From NCBI GenBank assembly GCA_039028615.1, contig JBCCHT010000006.1, positions 240,985 through 304,984 on the forward strand: a stretch of 64,000 nucleotides of DNA. The letters are read 5' to 3'. Shown here piece after piece: positions 26,711 through 36,485 of this stretch; positions within the stretch are counted from its first letter, which is position 1; each line of letters opens with the position of its first letter. Under the pieces are notes generated by a model. That model did not search any database. It was given only the letters and a program-made list of their open reading frames with translations, and was not told the origin of the DNA. This DNA is from Myxococcota bacterium. Its GTDB lineage: Bacteria; Myxococcota_A; Polyangia; Nannocystales; Nannocystaceae. Position numbers and translations under genes: made by a program.

Positions 26711-28336
26711 ATGTCCAACCGTGATCCGCACCTCAACCACTGGGCCGACCAGGCCGCCGAGCGAACCCTACGGGCGCACCCCGGCGCCAAATCGGTCGCG
26801 GTGGCGGCCGGCATCACTCCGTCGGGCCAAGTCCACATCGGCAACTTCCGCGAGGTCATCACCGTCGACCTCGTCGCGCGTGCACTCCGGGACCGCGGGC
26901 TCCCGGTGCGCTTCATCTACTCGTGGGACGACTTCGACGTCTTCCGCAAGGTGCCCAAGGACGCGCCCCAGCCCGAGATGCTGCAGGAGCAGCTCGGGCG
27001 CAGCATCGCCGACGTGCCCGATCCCTGGGGCGAGCACGACAGCTATGCCTCGCACCACATCGCCGCTTTCGAGCAGAGCCTGACCCCGCTGGGCATCGAG
27101 CCCGAGTTCATCCGGCAGCACCGCATGTACAGGGCGGGCACCTACGCCGAGGGCATTCGCAAGGCGCTGGCCGGCGCCGACCGGATCCGCGGGCTCATCA
27201 ACGACGCCCGCCGCCAAAACGGCGCCCGCACCATGCTGGCCGACGACTGGCTGCCCCTGTCCGGCTTCTGTGACTCCTGCGGCAAGGACGAGCTGAGCTT
27301 CACCTGGGATGGCGAGTGGACCGTGCACTACAAGTGCAGCAACTGCGGTCACGAGCACGACGTCGACCTGCAAAAGGGCGGCAACCTCAAGCTACCCTGG
27401 CGCGTCGACTGGCCCATGCGCTGGGCCCACGAGAGCGTCGCCTTCGAGCCCGGGGGCAAGGACCACAGCTCGGCGGGTGGCAGCTACGACACCGCCAAGG
27501 GCATCGTGGCCGATCTCTACGATTGGACCGCGCCGCAATACGTCGGCTACGACTTCGTGTCGTGCAAGGGCCAGGGCGGCAAGCTCTCCAGCAGCCGGGG
27601 CGGTGTCGTCACCGTCAACGACTGCCTGGAGGTCTACGAGCCCGAGGTCTTGCGCTGGCTCTTCGCTAGCTACCGGCCCAACACCGAGTTCGCGATCTCG
27701 TTCGACCTCGACGTCATCAAGATCTACGAGGACTACGACCGCGCCTACCGGCTCGCCCACGACGCCGACGACGGCGGGCGCAAGGACAAGAAGCGCCAGG
27801 TGGCCCGCCGCACCATGCAGCTGGCCTCCGTCGATCACACCCGCTTTATGCCGGGCAGCGAGGCCACCTTCCTCGCCGGGTTCCGCCACCTGTCGGTCAT
27901 CCTCCAGATCTTCGACGGGGACATCGCAGGCACGCGGGCGCACTATGAGGCGCAGGGTCAGCTCGACGCGCCAGAGGCCAAGCGGCGCTTCGAGCAGCGG
28001 GCCCGCTGCGTGTGGAACTGGATCGAGCAGTACGCGCCCGAGGACTTCCGCTACCGCATCCGCACCGAGCCCGTCGTGCGCACGGTGGAGGGCGAGCACC
28101 TGGTCGCGTTGACTCGGCTGGTCGAGATCCTCGAGGGCAATCCCGAGGCCGACGACGCCGCGCTGGGCAGCGCATTCAAGGGGCTGGCCGGCGAGCTGTC
28201 GATCCCGCTCAAGGAGTTCTACCCGCTGGTCTACGACCTGCTGCTCGGGCGCGACCGCGGGCCCAAGCTCAGCGGGCTGCTGGCCACCATGGGCAGCGCG
28301 CGGGCGCTGCCGCTGCTCAAGCCCTCGCTCGGCTGA
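26711..28336 (+). CDS. lysS: Lysine--tRNA ligase, class I
   Basis: HWAD, GITPSGQVHIGNFRE, two CxxC, KLPWRVDWPMRW, FEPGGKDH, KLSSSRG and GPKL; class I (LysRS1/lysK) signature. Confidence 0.95.
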   Translation: MSNRDPHLNHWADQAAERTLRAHPGAKSVAVAAGITPSGQVHIGNFREVITVDLVARALRDRGLPVRFIYSWDDFDVFRKVPKDAPQPEMLQEQLGRSIADVPDPWGEHDSYASHHIAAFEQSLTPLGIEPEFIRQHRMYRAGTYAEGIRKALAGADRIRGLINDARRQNGARTMLADDWLPLSGFCDSCGKDELSFTWDGEWTVHYKCSNCGHEHDVDLQKGGNLKLPWRVDWPMRWAHESVAFEPGGKDHSSAGGSYDTAKGIVADLYDWTAPQYVGYDFVSCKGQGGKLSSSRGGVVTVNDCLEVYEPEVLRWLFASYRPNTEFAISFDLDVIKIYEDYDRAYRLAHDADDGGRKDKKRQVARRTMQLASVDHTRFMPGSEATFLAGFRHLSVILQIFDGDIAGTRAHYEAQGQLDAPEAKRRFEQRARCVWNWIEQYAPEDFRYRIRTEPVVRTVEGEHLVALTRLVEILEGNPEADDAALGSAFKGLAGELSIPLKEFYPLVYDLLLGRDRGPKLSGLLATMGSARALPLLKPSLG

Positions 28337-28490
28337 TCGAGCGGGGACTCATCCCTCGCCCGCGGTGACGGGGGCGAGGGCCGTCGACTCGGCGACTCAT
28401 CGGCGTCGACCGCTCATCCACGAGCGCAGCCGGGTGCGCCCCGGGCCGCGCTTTGACATGTGGCCGGCATCGGGCGACACCTGCTGCCAG

Positions 28491-30359
28491 ATGGCTCCCA
28501 CGTCCGACTCTTCGCTCGAGCTCTCTCGTCGCCAGCTCCTCGGCGGTCTCGGGGCGAGCGCTTCGCTCCTGGCTCTCGGCTGCAAGCCTTCGGGGAGCGG
28601 GACCACTTCGCCTACGGACGCAACAACCTCTGCGGACGCCTCGGGGTCGGCGCTGCTGGACGAGGTCGCCTACCACTTGCTGCAGCACGAGCCGGAGCGC
28701 GCCACGAACCTCGGTGTCGACACGGGGGACCACGCCGATCTGCGGGCCTGGCTCGAAGACCAGAGCCAAGCGGGACAAGACGCCTACGCGGCCACGCTGC
28801 GAGCGGACCTCGAGCGGATTCGCAGCACCGACACATCCGGGTTCGATGCCGACACGCGCACGAGCTACGAGGTGGTGGCGAGCGCCTATGCGACCGCTCT
28901 CGATGGCTTCGCCCTGCCCTACGGTGATGTGGCGGTGGGCAGCTGGCGCAACGCCCCCTACGTGGTGATTCAGAACGTCGGCAGCTATCTCGACATGCCG
29001 CGGTTCATGGACTCGGTGCACCCGATTCGGGACGAGGCCGACGCGGTCGCGTATCTGGCTCGGATCCAGACCTTCCCCAAGGTGCTCGACGGCGAGCTCG
29101 AGCGCATGCGGGCGGCCACCGACATGGGCGTCGTTCCGCCCGACTTCTTGCTGACCAAGGCGATCGCACAGCTGGAGCGGACCATCACCGACGCCAAGAA
29201 GGCCGAGCTGTTCGTGCCGCAGCTGCGCGAGAACCTGAAGACGGCCAAAATCCCACACAACTGGGCCGACGACGTCGAGATGCACGTGCGCGAGCTCGTG
29301 GCCGAAGCCATGGAGCGCCAGCTCGAGGAACTACGACGGCAGCAGTCCAAGGCCTCGGGCGACCCGGGGATGTGGGCGCGACCGCATGGCGACGAGTGGT
29401 ACGCGTGGGCGCTGCGGGCCAGCACCACGACCACGCGGACCCCCGACGAGGTCCACGAGGGCGGGCTCGAAGAACTGGCCGCCTTGCATGCGCGCATGGA
29501 CCCGATCCTGCGCGAGATCGGCTACACGGAGGGCACGGTCGGCGCCCGCATGCAGGCGCTCAGCCAGGACCCGCGCTACAAGTTCCCCGAAGGCGATCCG
29601 GGGCGGGCCGAGATCATGGCGTTCATCCAGGAGCGCATCGAGTGGATCACCGCGCAGATGCCCCGGGCCTTCAACACGGTGGTCGACCCCAACCTCGAGG
29701 TGCGGCGCCTGCCCCTGGCCGAGGAAGCGGGCGCCCCCGGGGCCTACGGCGGGGCGGGCAGCAAGGACGGCTCGATCCCCGGGCGCATGTGGATCAACCT
29801 GCGGACCACCGATCTGCACCGCAAGTACGACCTGCCCGACCTCACCTTCCACGAGACCATCCCCGGGCACGTGTGGGAGGGCGAGTACTCCAACCGCCTG
29901 CCGCTCATCCGCTCGCTGCTCGCGTTCAATGCCTTCTCCGAGGGCTGGGCGCTGTACGGGGAGCAGCTCGCCGACGAGCTCGGGGCCTACGACGAGTTCA
30001 AGGTGGGGCGCCTGGGCTACCTGCAATCGCTGGCGTTCCGGGCGTGCCGCATGGTCGTGGACACCGGCCTGCACCATAAACGCTGGAACCGAGACCAGGC
30101 GGTCAACTTCTTCGTGGAGCGCAACGGCAGCAAACGTGAAGAGGTCGAGAGCGAGGTCGACCGCTACTGCGCGTGGCCGGGGCAGGCCTGCGGCTACAAG
30201 GTCGGGCACAGCGAGGTCGTCCGGCAGCGCGCCCGGGCGCAACAGCAGCTGGGCGACCGCTACGACCTCAAGGCGTTCAACGATGCGGTGATCCTCGGGG
30301 GCAACGCCCCGCTCGACGTGCTCGCCAAGAACGTCGACCGCTACATCAACGGCGGCTGA
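28491..30359 (+). CDS. DUF885 family protein, Tat-exported lipoprotein
   Basis: SRRQLLGG Tat motif, LALGC, HETIPGH, FSEGWALYGE, RMVVDTGLH and EVDRYCAWPGQACGYKVG; TTGACA at 28453. Confidence 0.9.
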   Translation: MAPTSDSSLELSRRQLLGGLGASASLLALGCKPSGSGTTSPTDATTSADASGSALLDEVAYHLLQHEPERATNLGVDTGDHADLRAWLEDQSQAGQDAYAATLRADLERIRSTDTSGFDADTRTSYEVVASAYATALDGFALPYGDVAVGSWRNAPYVVIQNVGSYLDMPRFMDSVHPIRDEADAVAYLARIQTFPKVLDGELERMRAATDMGVVPPDFLLTKAIAQLERTITDAKKAELFVPQLRENLKTAKIPHNWADDVEMHVRELVAEAMERQLEELRRQQSKASGDPGMWARPHGDEWYAWALRASTTTTRTPDEVHEGGLEELAALHARMDPILREIGYTEGTVGARMQALSQDPRYKFPEGDPGRAEIMAFIQERIEWITAQMPRAFNTVVDPNLEVRRLPLAEEAGAPGAYGGAGSKDGSIPGRMWINLRTTDLHRKYDLPDLTFHETIPGHVWEGEYSNRLPLIRSLLAFNAFSEGWALYGEQLADELGAYDEFKVGRLGYLQSLAFRACRMVVDTGLHHKRWNRDQAVNFFVERNGSKREEVESEVDRYCAWPGQACGYKVGHSEVVRQRARAQQQLGDRYDLKAFNDAVILGGNAPLDVLAKNVDRYINGG

Positions 30360-30383
30360 CCGGTCACGGCCGCGCCCGCGGGC

Positions 30384-32834
30384 TCAGCTCGCGGCGCGGT
30401 GCTCCCCCGAGGGCGTGTCGTCGTAGCGCGAGTGGTAGTACGAGTAGTCGGCGTCGCGCCGCGTGACGCCGTTGAGCACCAAGCCCTTGGCGGCGTCGAC
30501 CCGATGCAAGGCCGCGACGGCGTTGCGCAACGCGGCTCGCTCGACCATGTCGGGTCGGGCCACGAGCAGCACGAGGTCGGCGTGCTGCGCCAATATGGCT
30601 GCGTCCGCGACGAACGCGGGCGGGCCGTCGACGATGACGTCGTCGTAGCGCTCGACCCAGTGGTCGAGCAAACGCCCCAACGACGGGCTCATGAGCGACG
30701 CGAGGGTATCGGGCAGCGGAGTCCCGGCCGAAAGGAGTGCAGGACCATCGTCACCGGGCTGTTGCAGCATGGAGCGGGCGACGTCGGGCGTACCGCCCTG
30801 CCCCACCGCGTCGGAGTAGCCGGGCACGCGACGGGCCGCCCACAGGCGATGCTGCACCGGTCGCCGTAGATCGAGGTCGAGCAGCAACACGCGGCGCCCG
30901 GTGGCCGCGAGGGCGTGCGCCAGGTTGGCGGCGACGGTGCTCTTGCCCTCGCCCGCCTGGCTCGAGGACACCTGCACCACGCGACCGCGCTCGGCTTGCC
31001 CCGGCGACAGGCTCACGCTGACACACAGAGCGCGGAAGGCCTCGGCCGCGGGATGGGTGGCGTCGTCCCACAGCTCGGTGGGGCGAAGCCGCGGCGGCTG
31101 TCCCCGGCCACGACGGATCTTGGGCACGGTGCCGTAGGTGGCCAAGCCGCTGAGGCGCTGGACCTCGTCGGCCGTGCCCACTCGGCGGCGCAGCAGCTGT
31201 CGCAACGACACCGCGATCATGGCGAGCAGCAAGCCGCCCAGGCCCGCGCCGCCGACGAGCTTGAGTCGATTGGGCGTGGCTTGGCGATGGGGCAGGCTCG
31301 CCCGGTCGACGACCCGCTTGTCGGTCGTGCTGGAGGCCTGGAGGATCTCGGCGTCCTGCGACTTCTCGAGCAAGAACGCGTACAGGCGCTGGCTGACCTC
31401 GACGTCGCGCACGAGCCGAGCGAGCTGGAGTTCCTTGTCGGGATAGGCGGCCATCGCCTGGTCGGTCTGCTCGAGGCGACGACCGAGCTCCGCCCGACGG
31501 GCGCGCAGGCTCTTCTTGGCGCTGGAGACCAGCCGCGACACCTCTTTTTGGCGCAGGCCGATCTTGGCGGCGAGCTCGATGACCCGCGGATGATCGGCGG
31601 TCAGGGTGGCCGCGAGCACGGCATGCTGCGTCTCGGCCTCGGTCAGCGAGGCGATGGCCGCTCCCAGCACGGGGTCTTCGACGAGGTTGGCGGTGAGGTG
31701 CGCCCGGCCCTTGCTCCCGCTGCGCGCCAGCCCGGCCGACAGCGTGTCGAGCACGCGGAGCTGCAGGTCGAGCGACAGCTGCTCCGCCCGAATCTCGGCC
31801 GAGCTCTCGATGGTGACCCGGGCCTGGGTATCGAGCTGCACCGCCTGCTGCCCGGACGCGAAATCGCGGAGGCCCTCTTCCTGGCCGGATAGTCGCGTCT
31901 GAGCTTCTTCGAGGCGCTCGCGAATGAAGCTCGCCGCCTGCCCGGCGCCTTGGGTCTGCCAGCGCAGGCTCTGCTCGACGTAGTGGGTCATCACCCCTTC
32001 GACCACCGCCTGCGCCACATAGCGATCGGGGTCGGAGAAGCGGACCTCGACCAAGTTGGTGCGCTCGCGGGCCCGACCCAGGCTGCCCACCGACAGACGC
32101 GGCAGCAGGTCTTCGAGCAAGGCACCGTCGGGCACGACCTCGACCCGCACCGACTCACCCACCGCCAGCGGGTTCCCCCGCAGGTGCAGACGCAGCGCGT
32201 CGGTCTCGAGCGGCTCGCCGACCACCAGCGTGTGCTCGGCCGCCGCCCCCTGGGGATCGGTGAGCACCGCCAGGTGGGTCTCGTCTTCGGCCCGCAGCTC
32301 GACGGTCAGCGGGTTGAAGCGCCCCGCGGGCAGGGTGGCCTCGACCAGCTCCCGACGCAGCGCCAGCAGGCCCGACGCGGTGGGGCGCTCGCCCTCGAGG
32401 GTGATCGAAGTATCGGTGCTGAGCCAGCGTGCCCCGGTCGGATCGACGACGTGCAGCCCCTGGCCCTTGAACACCTCGAGCAAGAAGTCGCGGCGCTGGA
32501 GCACCTGGACCTCGGTGTCCAGCTGGTCGTTGCCGCCGACGCCCGCCATGTCGGCCAGAGGATGGAGGCTGGGCACGGCCGAGCCGCCCACCTGCACCAC
32601 GCCGACCGAGGCGTAGGTCGGCACGGCCAACACCGCGTAGGCCCCCGCCGCCCCCACCACCATCAACCAGACCACGGCCACGAGCACGATGTGCCGACGC
32701 AGATCGCCGAGCCGCCCCAGCACGAACGCATGCAGGCCCGCCGCCTCGGCCGGAGCGACCGGGGGTGGAGCGCTCGGGGCAGCGGGCTGCACCGGAGCCA
32801 GCTCCGGGCGGCGGCGACCTGAACGGTCGGTCAT
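30384..32834 (-). CDS. Wzc-type polysaccharide co-polymerase / tyrosine autokinase
   Basis: Two TM flanking a coiled-coil region; AEAFRAL, SSQAGEGKST, DLDLRRP, IVDGPP and C-terminal Tyr cluster DYSYYHSRY. Confidence 0.9.
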   Translation of the reverse strand: MTDRSGRRRPELAPVQPAAPSAPPPVAPAEAAGLHAFVLGRLGDLRRHIVLVAVVWLMVVGAAGAYAVLAVPTYASVGVVQVGGSAVPSLHPLADMAGVGGNDQLDTEVQVLQRRDFLLEVFKGQGLHVVDPTGARWLSTDTSITLEGERPTASGLLALRRELVEATLPAGRFNPLTVELRAEDETHLAVLTDPQGAAAEHTLVVGEPLETDALRLHLRGNPLAVGESVRVEVVPDGALLEDLLPRLSVGSLGRARERTNLVEVRFSDPDRYVAQAVVEGVMTHYVEQSLRWQTQGAGQAASFIRERLEEAQTRLSGQEEGLRDFASGQQAVQLDTQARVTIESSAEIRAEQLSLDLQLRVLDTLSAGLARSGSKGRAHLTANLVEDPVLGAAIASLTEAETQHAVLAATLTADHPRVIELAAKIGLRQKEVSRLVSSAKKSLRARRAELGRRLEQTDQAMAAYPDKELQLARLVRDVEVSQRLYAFLLEKSQDAEILQASSTTDKRVVDRASLPHRQATPNRLKLVGGAGLGGLLLAMIAVSLRQLLRRRVGTADEVQRLSGLATYGTVPKIRRGRGQPPRLRPTELWDDATHPAAEAFRALCVSVSLSPGQAERGRVVQVSSSQAGEGKSTVAANLAHALAATGRRVLLLDLDLRRPVQHRLWAARRVPGYSDAVGQGGTPDVARSMLQQPGDDGPALLSAGTPLPDTLASLMSPSLGRLLDHWVERYDDVIVDGPPAFVADAAILAQHADLVLLVARPDMVERAALRNAVAALHRVDAAKGLVLNGVTRRDADYSYYHSRYDDTPSGEHRAAS

Positions 32835-34117
32835 GTCGACCTCGGCATGCCCGACCGATTATCCACCCGCGGCAGCAAGGCCACCACCACCATGACTAGC
32901 AGCACCCCATGGGTCAACAGCGAGGTCAGCAGCGCGGAATTGGTCAGGGTGACCGCCGGGACCGCGAACAATGCGGTGGCCAGGCGCGGCGACAAGCCAG
33001 CCGCGGCGTAGTCGTACAGGCGCAAGACGGCGGCGAGCAGCCCAGTGGCCAGCACCATGCCCAGCTCGCCGAAGTTGGCGTAGCCGTCGGCCCACACGTT
33101 GGCGTTGGCGTTCGTCACTGCGACGAAATACTGCCCGCCCACCACCTTGGGCGGCGCGAGGCCGGACGCGTGCGGCACGATGCCCCCGAGTACGCTGTGC
33201 CCCAGCCACGCCTTGTCGTGCACCGCGTAGTAGTCGACATAGAGCCCGGTCAGCTGCCCCGGCACCATGAAGGTCCGCCGCACGAGCACGCCCGAGGCTA
33301 AGCCGCCGTCGCTCCACTGGGACTCGAGCACGCCCAGCACCAACACGCCGAGCGCACCGAGCAAGACCCACGCCCCGAAGCGCCGCCCGCCGTCGCGCAG
33401 GATCACGATGACCAGCACGATGAGCACGGCCGACAGCAGCACCGACTTGAGCCCGGTGAGGCCGAAGATCAGCAGCTGCCCGGCCACGCCCAAGCCCACG
33501 ACCACCGTGCGGCGGCGGGTCGCTCCCCAGGCGATGAGCAGCGGGTTGATGACGTTGGCCACCCAGGGCACCGCGTAGGCCGACAGCCGCCCGCCTTCGC
33601 GGGCCAGATCGCGAAACTCGGCGCGGACGTCATAGATCTCGGAGAGCGACGGCAAAGAGGTCGGCAGACCGAAGCTCGAGATCACGACGACGTAGAGCCC
33701 AGCCGCCACGACGGCGAGACCCAGCCAAAAGCGGGGCTCCGCCTGCGGAGACTCGCGACGAGGCCGCGGGTCGAGGGGTACGGCATAGGACCAGACCAGC
33801 CCGCCCATGCACGCCAGCAGCACGAAGCCGAACTCCAGCCACCGCACGGGCGAGCCCCCCAGGGCCTCCATGGGCACCAGCTGCGAGGGCACATAGACCA
33901 GCAGGTAGATGAACCACAGACCGAGCTGCGACGGTCGGGCCAAGCGACGGGGCATCAGCGCCGACGGAGCGACCGCCAGCGTGCTCAGGACCAGCCGCAA
34001 CCACGGCGCCGGGGCATGGTGCTCGAGGCCGAGATACGCCCAGCGCGGGTGAATGTCGTGGACGTAGGTCCACTGGAAGAGCACGACGTAGGCGAGTGCG
34101 AGCGCGGGAATCGGCAT
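32831..34117 (-). CDS. Polytopic membrane protein, probable Wzy polysaccharide polymerase
   Basis: About 10-11 hydrophobic segments; IYDVR, KS, RR, NANANVWADGYANFG and LLTHG; ATGA overlap with wzc; start uncertain. Confidence 0.7.
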   Translation of the reverse strand: MPIPALALAYVVLFQWTYVHDIHPRWAYLGLEHHAPAPWLRLVLSTLAVAPSALMPRRLARPSQLGLWFIYLLVYVPSQLVPMEALGGSPVRWLEFGFVLLACMGGLVWSYAVPLDPRPRRESPQAEPRFWLGLAVVAAGLYVVVISSFGLPTSLPSLSEIYDVRAEFRDLAREGGRLSAYAVPWVANVINPLLIAWGATRRRTVVVGLGVAGQLLIFGLTGLKSVLLSAVLIVLVIVILRDGGRRFGAWVLLGALGVLVLGVLESQWSDGGLASGVLVRRTFMVPGQLTGLYVDYYAVHDKAWLGHSVLGGIVPHASGLAPPKVVGGQYFVAVTNANANVWADGYANFGELGMVLATGLLAAVLRLYDYAAAGLSPRLATALFAVPAVTLTNSALLTSLLTHGVLLVMVVVALLPRVDNRSGMPRST

Positions 34118-34188
34118 TCGATCGAGCCATCGCCGGGGTGCCGCCTCCACCCGATCGACGGTAGCGGACCGCCTGGGCAGCGCCAAGC

Positions 34189-35373
34189 TCAACGGACCAA
34201 GAAGACCTGCTGCTCCCAGCCGAAGGCCACCCCGCCCCCGGTCTGCACCACGAGACGAACCGAGGTCGGCAGCACCACGGCGGGCGGCAGCCCGGTCAGA
34301 TCGGCATCGGTCAGCCCGGTCGTGCCCGCCACCACGGACGAATCCGCGGCGTGGGACCACAAATAGAAGGCGGACATCGAACCGGCGGCGGGCCAGTCGT
34401 CGGCCCCGCCGCACTCCCCGTTGGTGCCCGGCGACAGCAAGGTCAGGTCGCCCGAGGGGCCACGCACGTAGACCTCGTGCCCGCCCATCATGTCGGTATG
34501 CCAGTCGTTGTTGTCGTCGTCTGCGGTCATCGCCACCATCCGGGTGCTCGGGCTGAGCTCGGAGACGACGCTGCGGAGAGCCTCGACCTGGACGGTGCTG
34601 TAGATCGTGCCGTCGGCGGGGTTTTGGTACGACAGCGCGACTTCCTCGTCGAGGCTCCCGCCCGGGCTGATGTCGGCGGAGATGGTGCCCTCGTCGATCC
34701 ACGCGAAGTAGCCCGCGCCGTCGTCGGCACACTTGTCCCAGGGGTTACCCGCGCTGTCCTGGGCCACGACGACGCCATCGCTGTTCTGGAGCGACAGGCG
34801 GATCCAGCCCCCGCCGTCCGTGGACATGTCACACGAGACCCCCATGGGGTCGACGCCGCCGGGGCCGTCGGGATCGATCATGAACACGCCGTCGAGGGCG
34901 CTCGGGTCGTGCTCGAGCAGCTCGCGGCAGCTGGTCGGGTAGTCGCAGGCCATGTCGCGACAAAAGCCGGTCTCGCAGTCCTCCGGCCCGACGCACTGAC
35001 CTTCGAAGGGACACCCGGGGCAGCTGCCCCCGCAATCCACGTCGGTCTCGCCGCCGCTGAGCAGCCCGTCGTCGCACGAGGGCGGCTGGCACTGACGCGT
35101 GCAGGCATCGGTGTCGTCGTCGTTGCCGTCGTCGCATTGCTCGCCAGGGTCGACCACTCCATCACCGCAGGTCACGGGGATGTTGCCGCTCTCGCCATCG
35201 CTCACCGCGGCCGCGGTCCCGCTACCTTGCGTGTCTGCGCCATCGACTTCGCCCCCGGAGCCCAGGCCCGGAGAGTCGCTCTCGAAGGTGCCCTCTCCCA
35301 GCGCACACCCGTGCATGGCGAGGACGACCGCAATCATCCCGCCACGACTCCCGCCGTTTCCCCCGCGCCGCAC
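34189..35373 (-). CDS. Cys-rich lipoprotein with fibrinogen-like domain
   Basis: CGDGVVDPGEQCDDGN and ETDVDCGGSC myxobacterial Cys repeats; PTSCRELL...IDPDG...CDMSTDGGGW; GTG start 7 nt after TACCAT. Confidence 0.8.
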   Translation of the reverse strand: MRRGGNGGSRGGMIAVVLAMHGCALGEGTFESDSPGLGSGGEVDGADTQGSGTAAAVSDGESGNIPVTCGDGVVDPGEQCDDGNDDDTDACTRQCQPPSCDDGLLSGGETDVDCGGSCPGCPFEGQCVGPEDCETGFCRDMACDYPTSCRELLEHDPSALDGVFMIDPDGPGGVDPMGVSCDMSTDGGGWIRLSLQNSDGVVVAQDSAGNPWDKCADDGAGYFAWIDEGTISADISPGGSLDEEVALSYQNPADGTIYSTVQVEALRSVVSELSPSTRMVAMTADDDNNDWHTDMMGGHEVYVRGPSGDLTLLSPGTNGECGGADDWPAAGSMSAFYLWSHAADSSVVAGTTGLTDADLTGLPPAVVLPTSVRLVVQTGGGVAFGWEQQVFLVR

Positions 35374-35502
35374 CGAGACGATGGTACCGCGAATGGGCCC
35401 GGCTGCACGCGCATGGGGGCCACGCGCCCCGAGGAAACCGGAGCGCGCGGCCAAACGAGCCTCGCCCGCCCCGTGAGGGGCCAGCGTACGTGGGGCTGTG
35501 CC

Positions 35503-36354
35503 CTACTGCGTATCGAAGCAACGCACGTCGAAGTCGTCCGACCCCCAGGGGCTGTCGACCACGAACCAGTCGGTATACGAGGGGCAATTGACGCTGTCGG
35601 ATTCCAGGTTCTCCGAGCACAGCGTGTTGAAGTGATGACCGGTGGCGTGGAAGCTGCGACGGCTCCCCGGGCTCATCACCAGCGGCCCGAAACGCAGGTT
35701 CCAGTCGCAGTCGATGCCCTTGTCCTCACCACGGTAGTCGTGGAAACGCCACGCCTGGTTTGCACCACCGTGACACGGGTAGAGCTGGATCGCCGCCTGG
35801 TTGGTCTTCACCGCCCCCCGTACGTCGAGGCACATGTGCGTGGCCGAGCGCGGCCGAATGGTGGCCGACTGGCTGTCGAACCCGAAGGTACGGAACACCT
35901 GGTTGCTACCGCCATGACAGGGGTACAGCTGCAGCCCCTGGCCGGTGACGTAGTTCGAGCTGGGCACGTCGAGGCACAGATCGTCGTCGTCCTTGGAGTG
36001 GATGGTGAAGCCGCCTCCAGACGCGGGACGGAACAGCCACAGCTGGTTGTCCTTGCCGTGACACTGGTACTGCTGGAACGGGCGCACGGAGCCGCTGGGC
36101 GAGGTATCCCAGCAACCGCCGTTGTCACCGCCGTAGGTGGCCGCGTTCATCGAAGTGACCAGCGTGGGGAAGTCGGGCAGCACGGTCGTCCAGCGGTACT
36201 CGCTGTCGTCGTCGGCACCATCGGAGTCTTCGCTACCGTCGGAGTCGACCACCGGGTCTTGTTCGACGGTCGCGTCGCAGGCGAAGGCAAGGCAAGACAA
36301 CAGCGCAATCGAAGCGGGCACGAGGCCCATGCGAAAGAGGGGGGATTGGGGCAT
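35503..36354 (-). CDS. Ricin-type beta-trefoil lectin lipoprotein
   Basis: LAFAC lipobox; three repeats CWD/CLDV...Q.Y.CHG..NQ.[W/F]. Confidence 0.88.
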   Translation of the reverse strand: MPQSPLFRMGLVPASIALLSCLAFACDATVEQDPVVDSDGSEDSDGADDDSEYRWTTVLPDFPTLVTSMNAATYGGDNGGCWDTSPSGSVRPFQQYQCHGKDNQLWLFRPASGGGFTIHSKDDDDLCLDVPSSNYVTGQGLQLYPCHGGSNQVFRTFGFDSQSATIRPRSATHMCLDVRGAVKTNQAAIQLYPCHGGANQAWRFHDYRGEDKGIDCDWNLRFGPLVMSPGSRRSFHATGHHFNTLCSENLESDSVNCPSYTDWFVVDSPWGSDDFDVRCFDTQ

Positions 36355-36485
36355 GCCCTCCCTATGAGCAAGCCCCGGGCCAACAACGACACGGCCCGCA
36401 ATGTGGCGCATTCACCCCCATTGCGGGCCATTCGGTGCCCCGTCGCCGCACGGCGCCCATGGGACATCCCATGGGTCTGCCCCCC

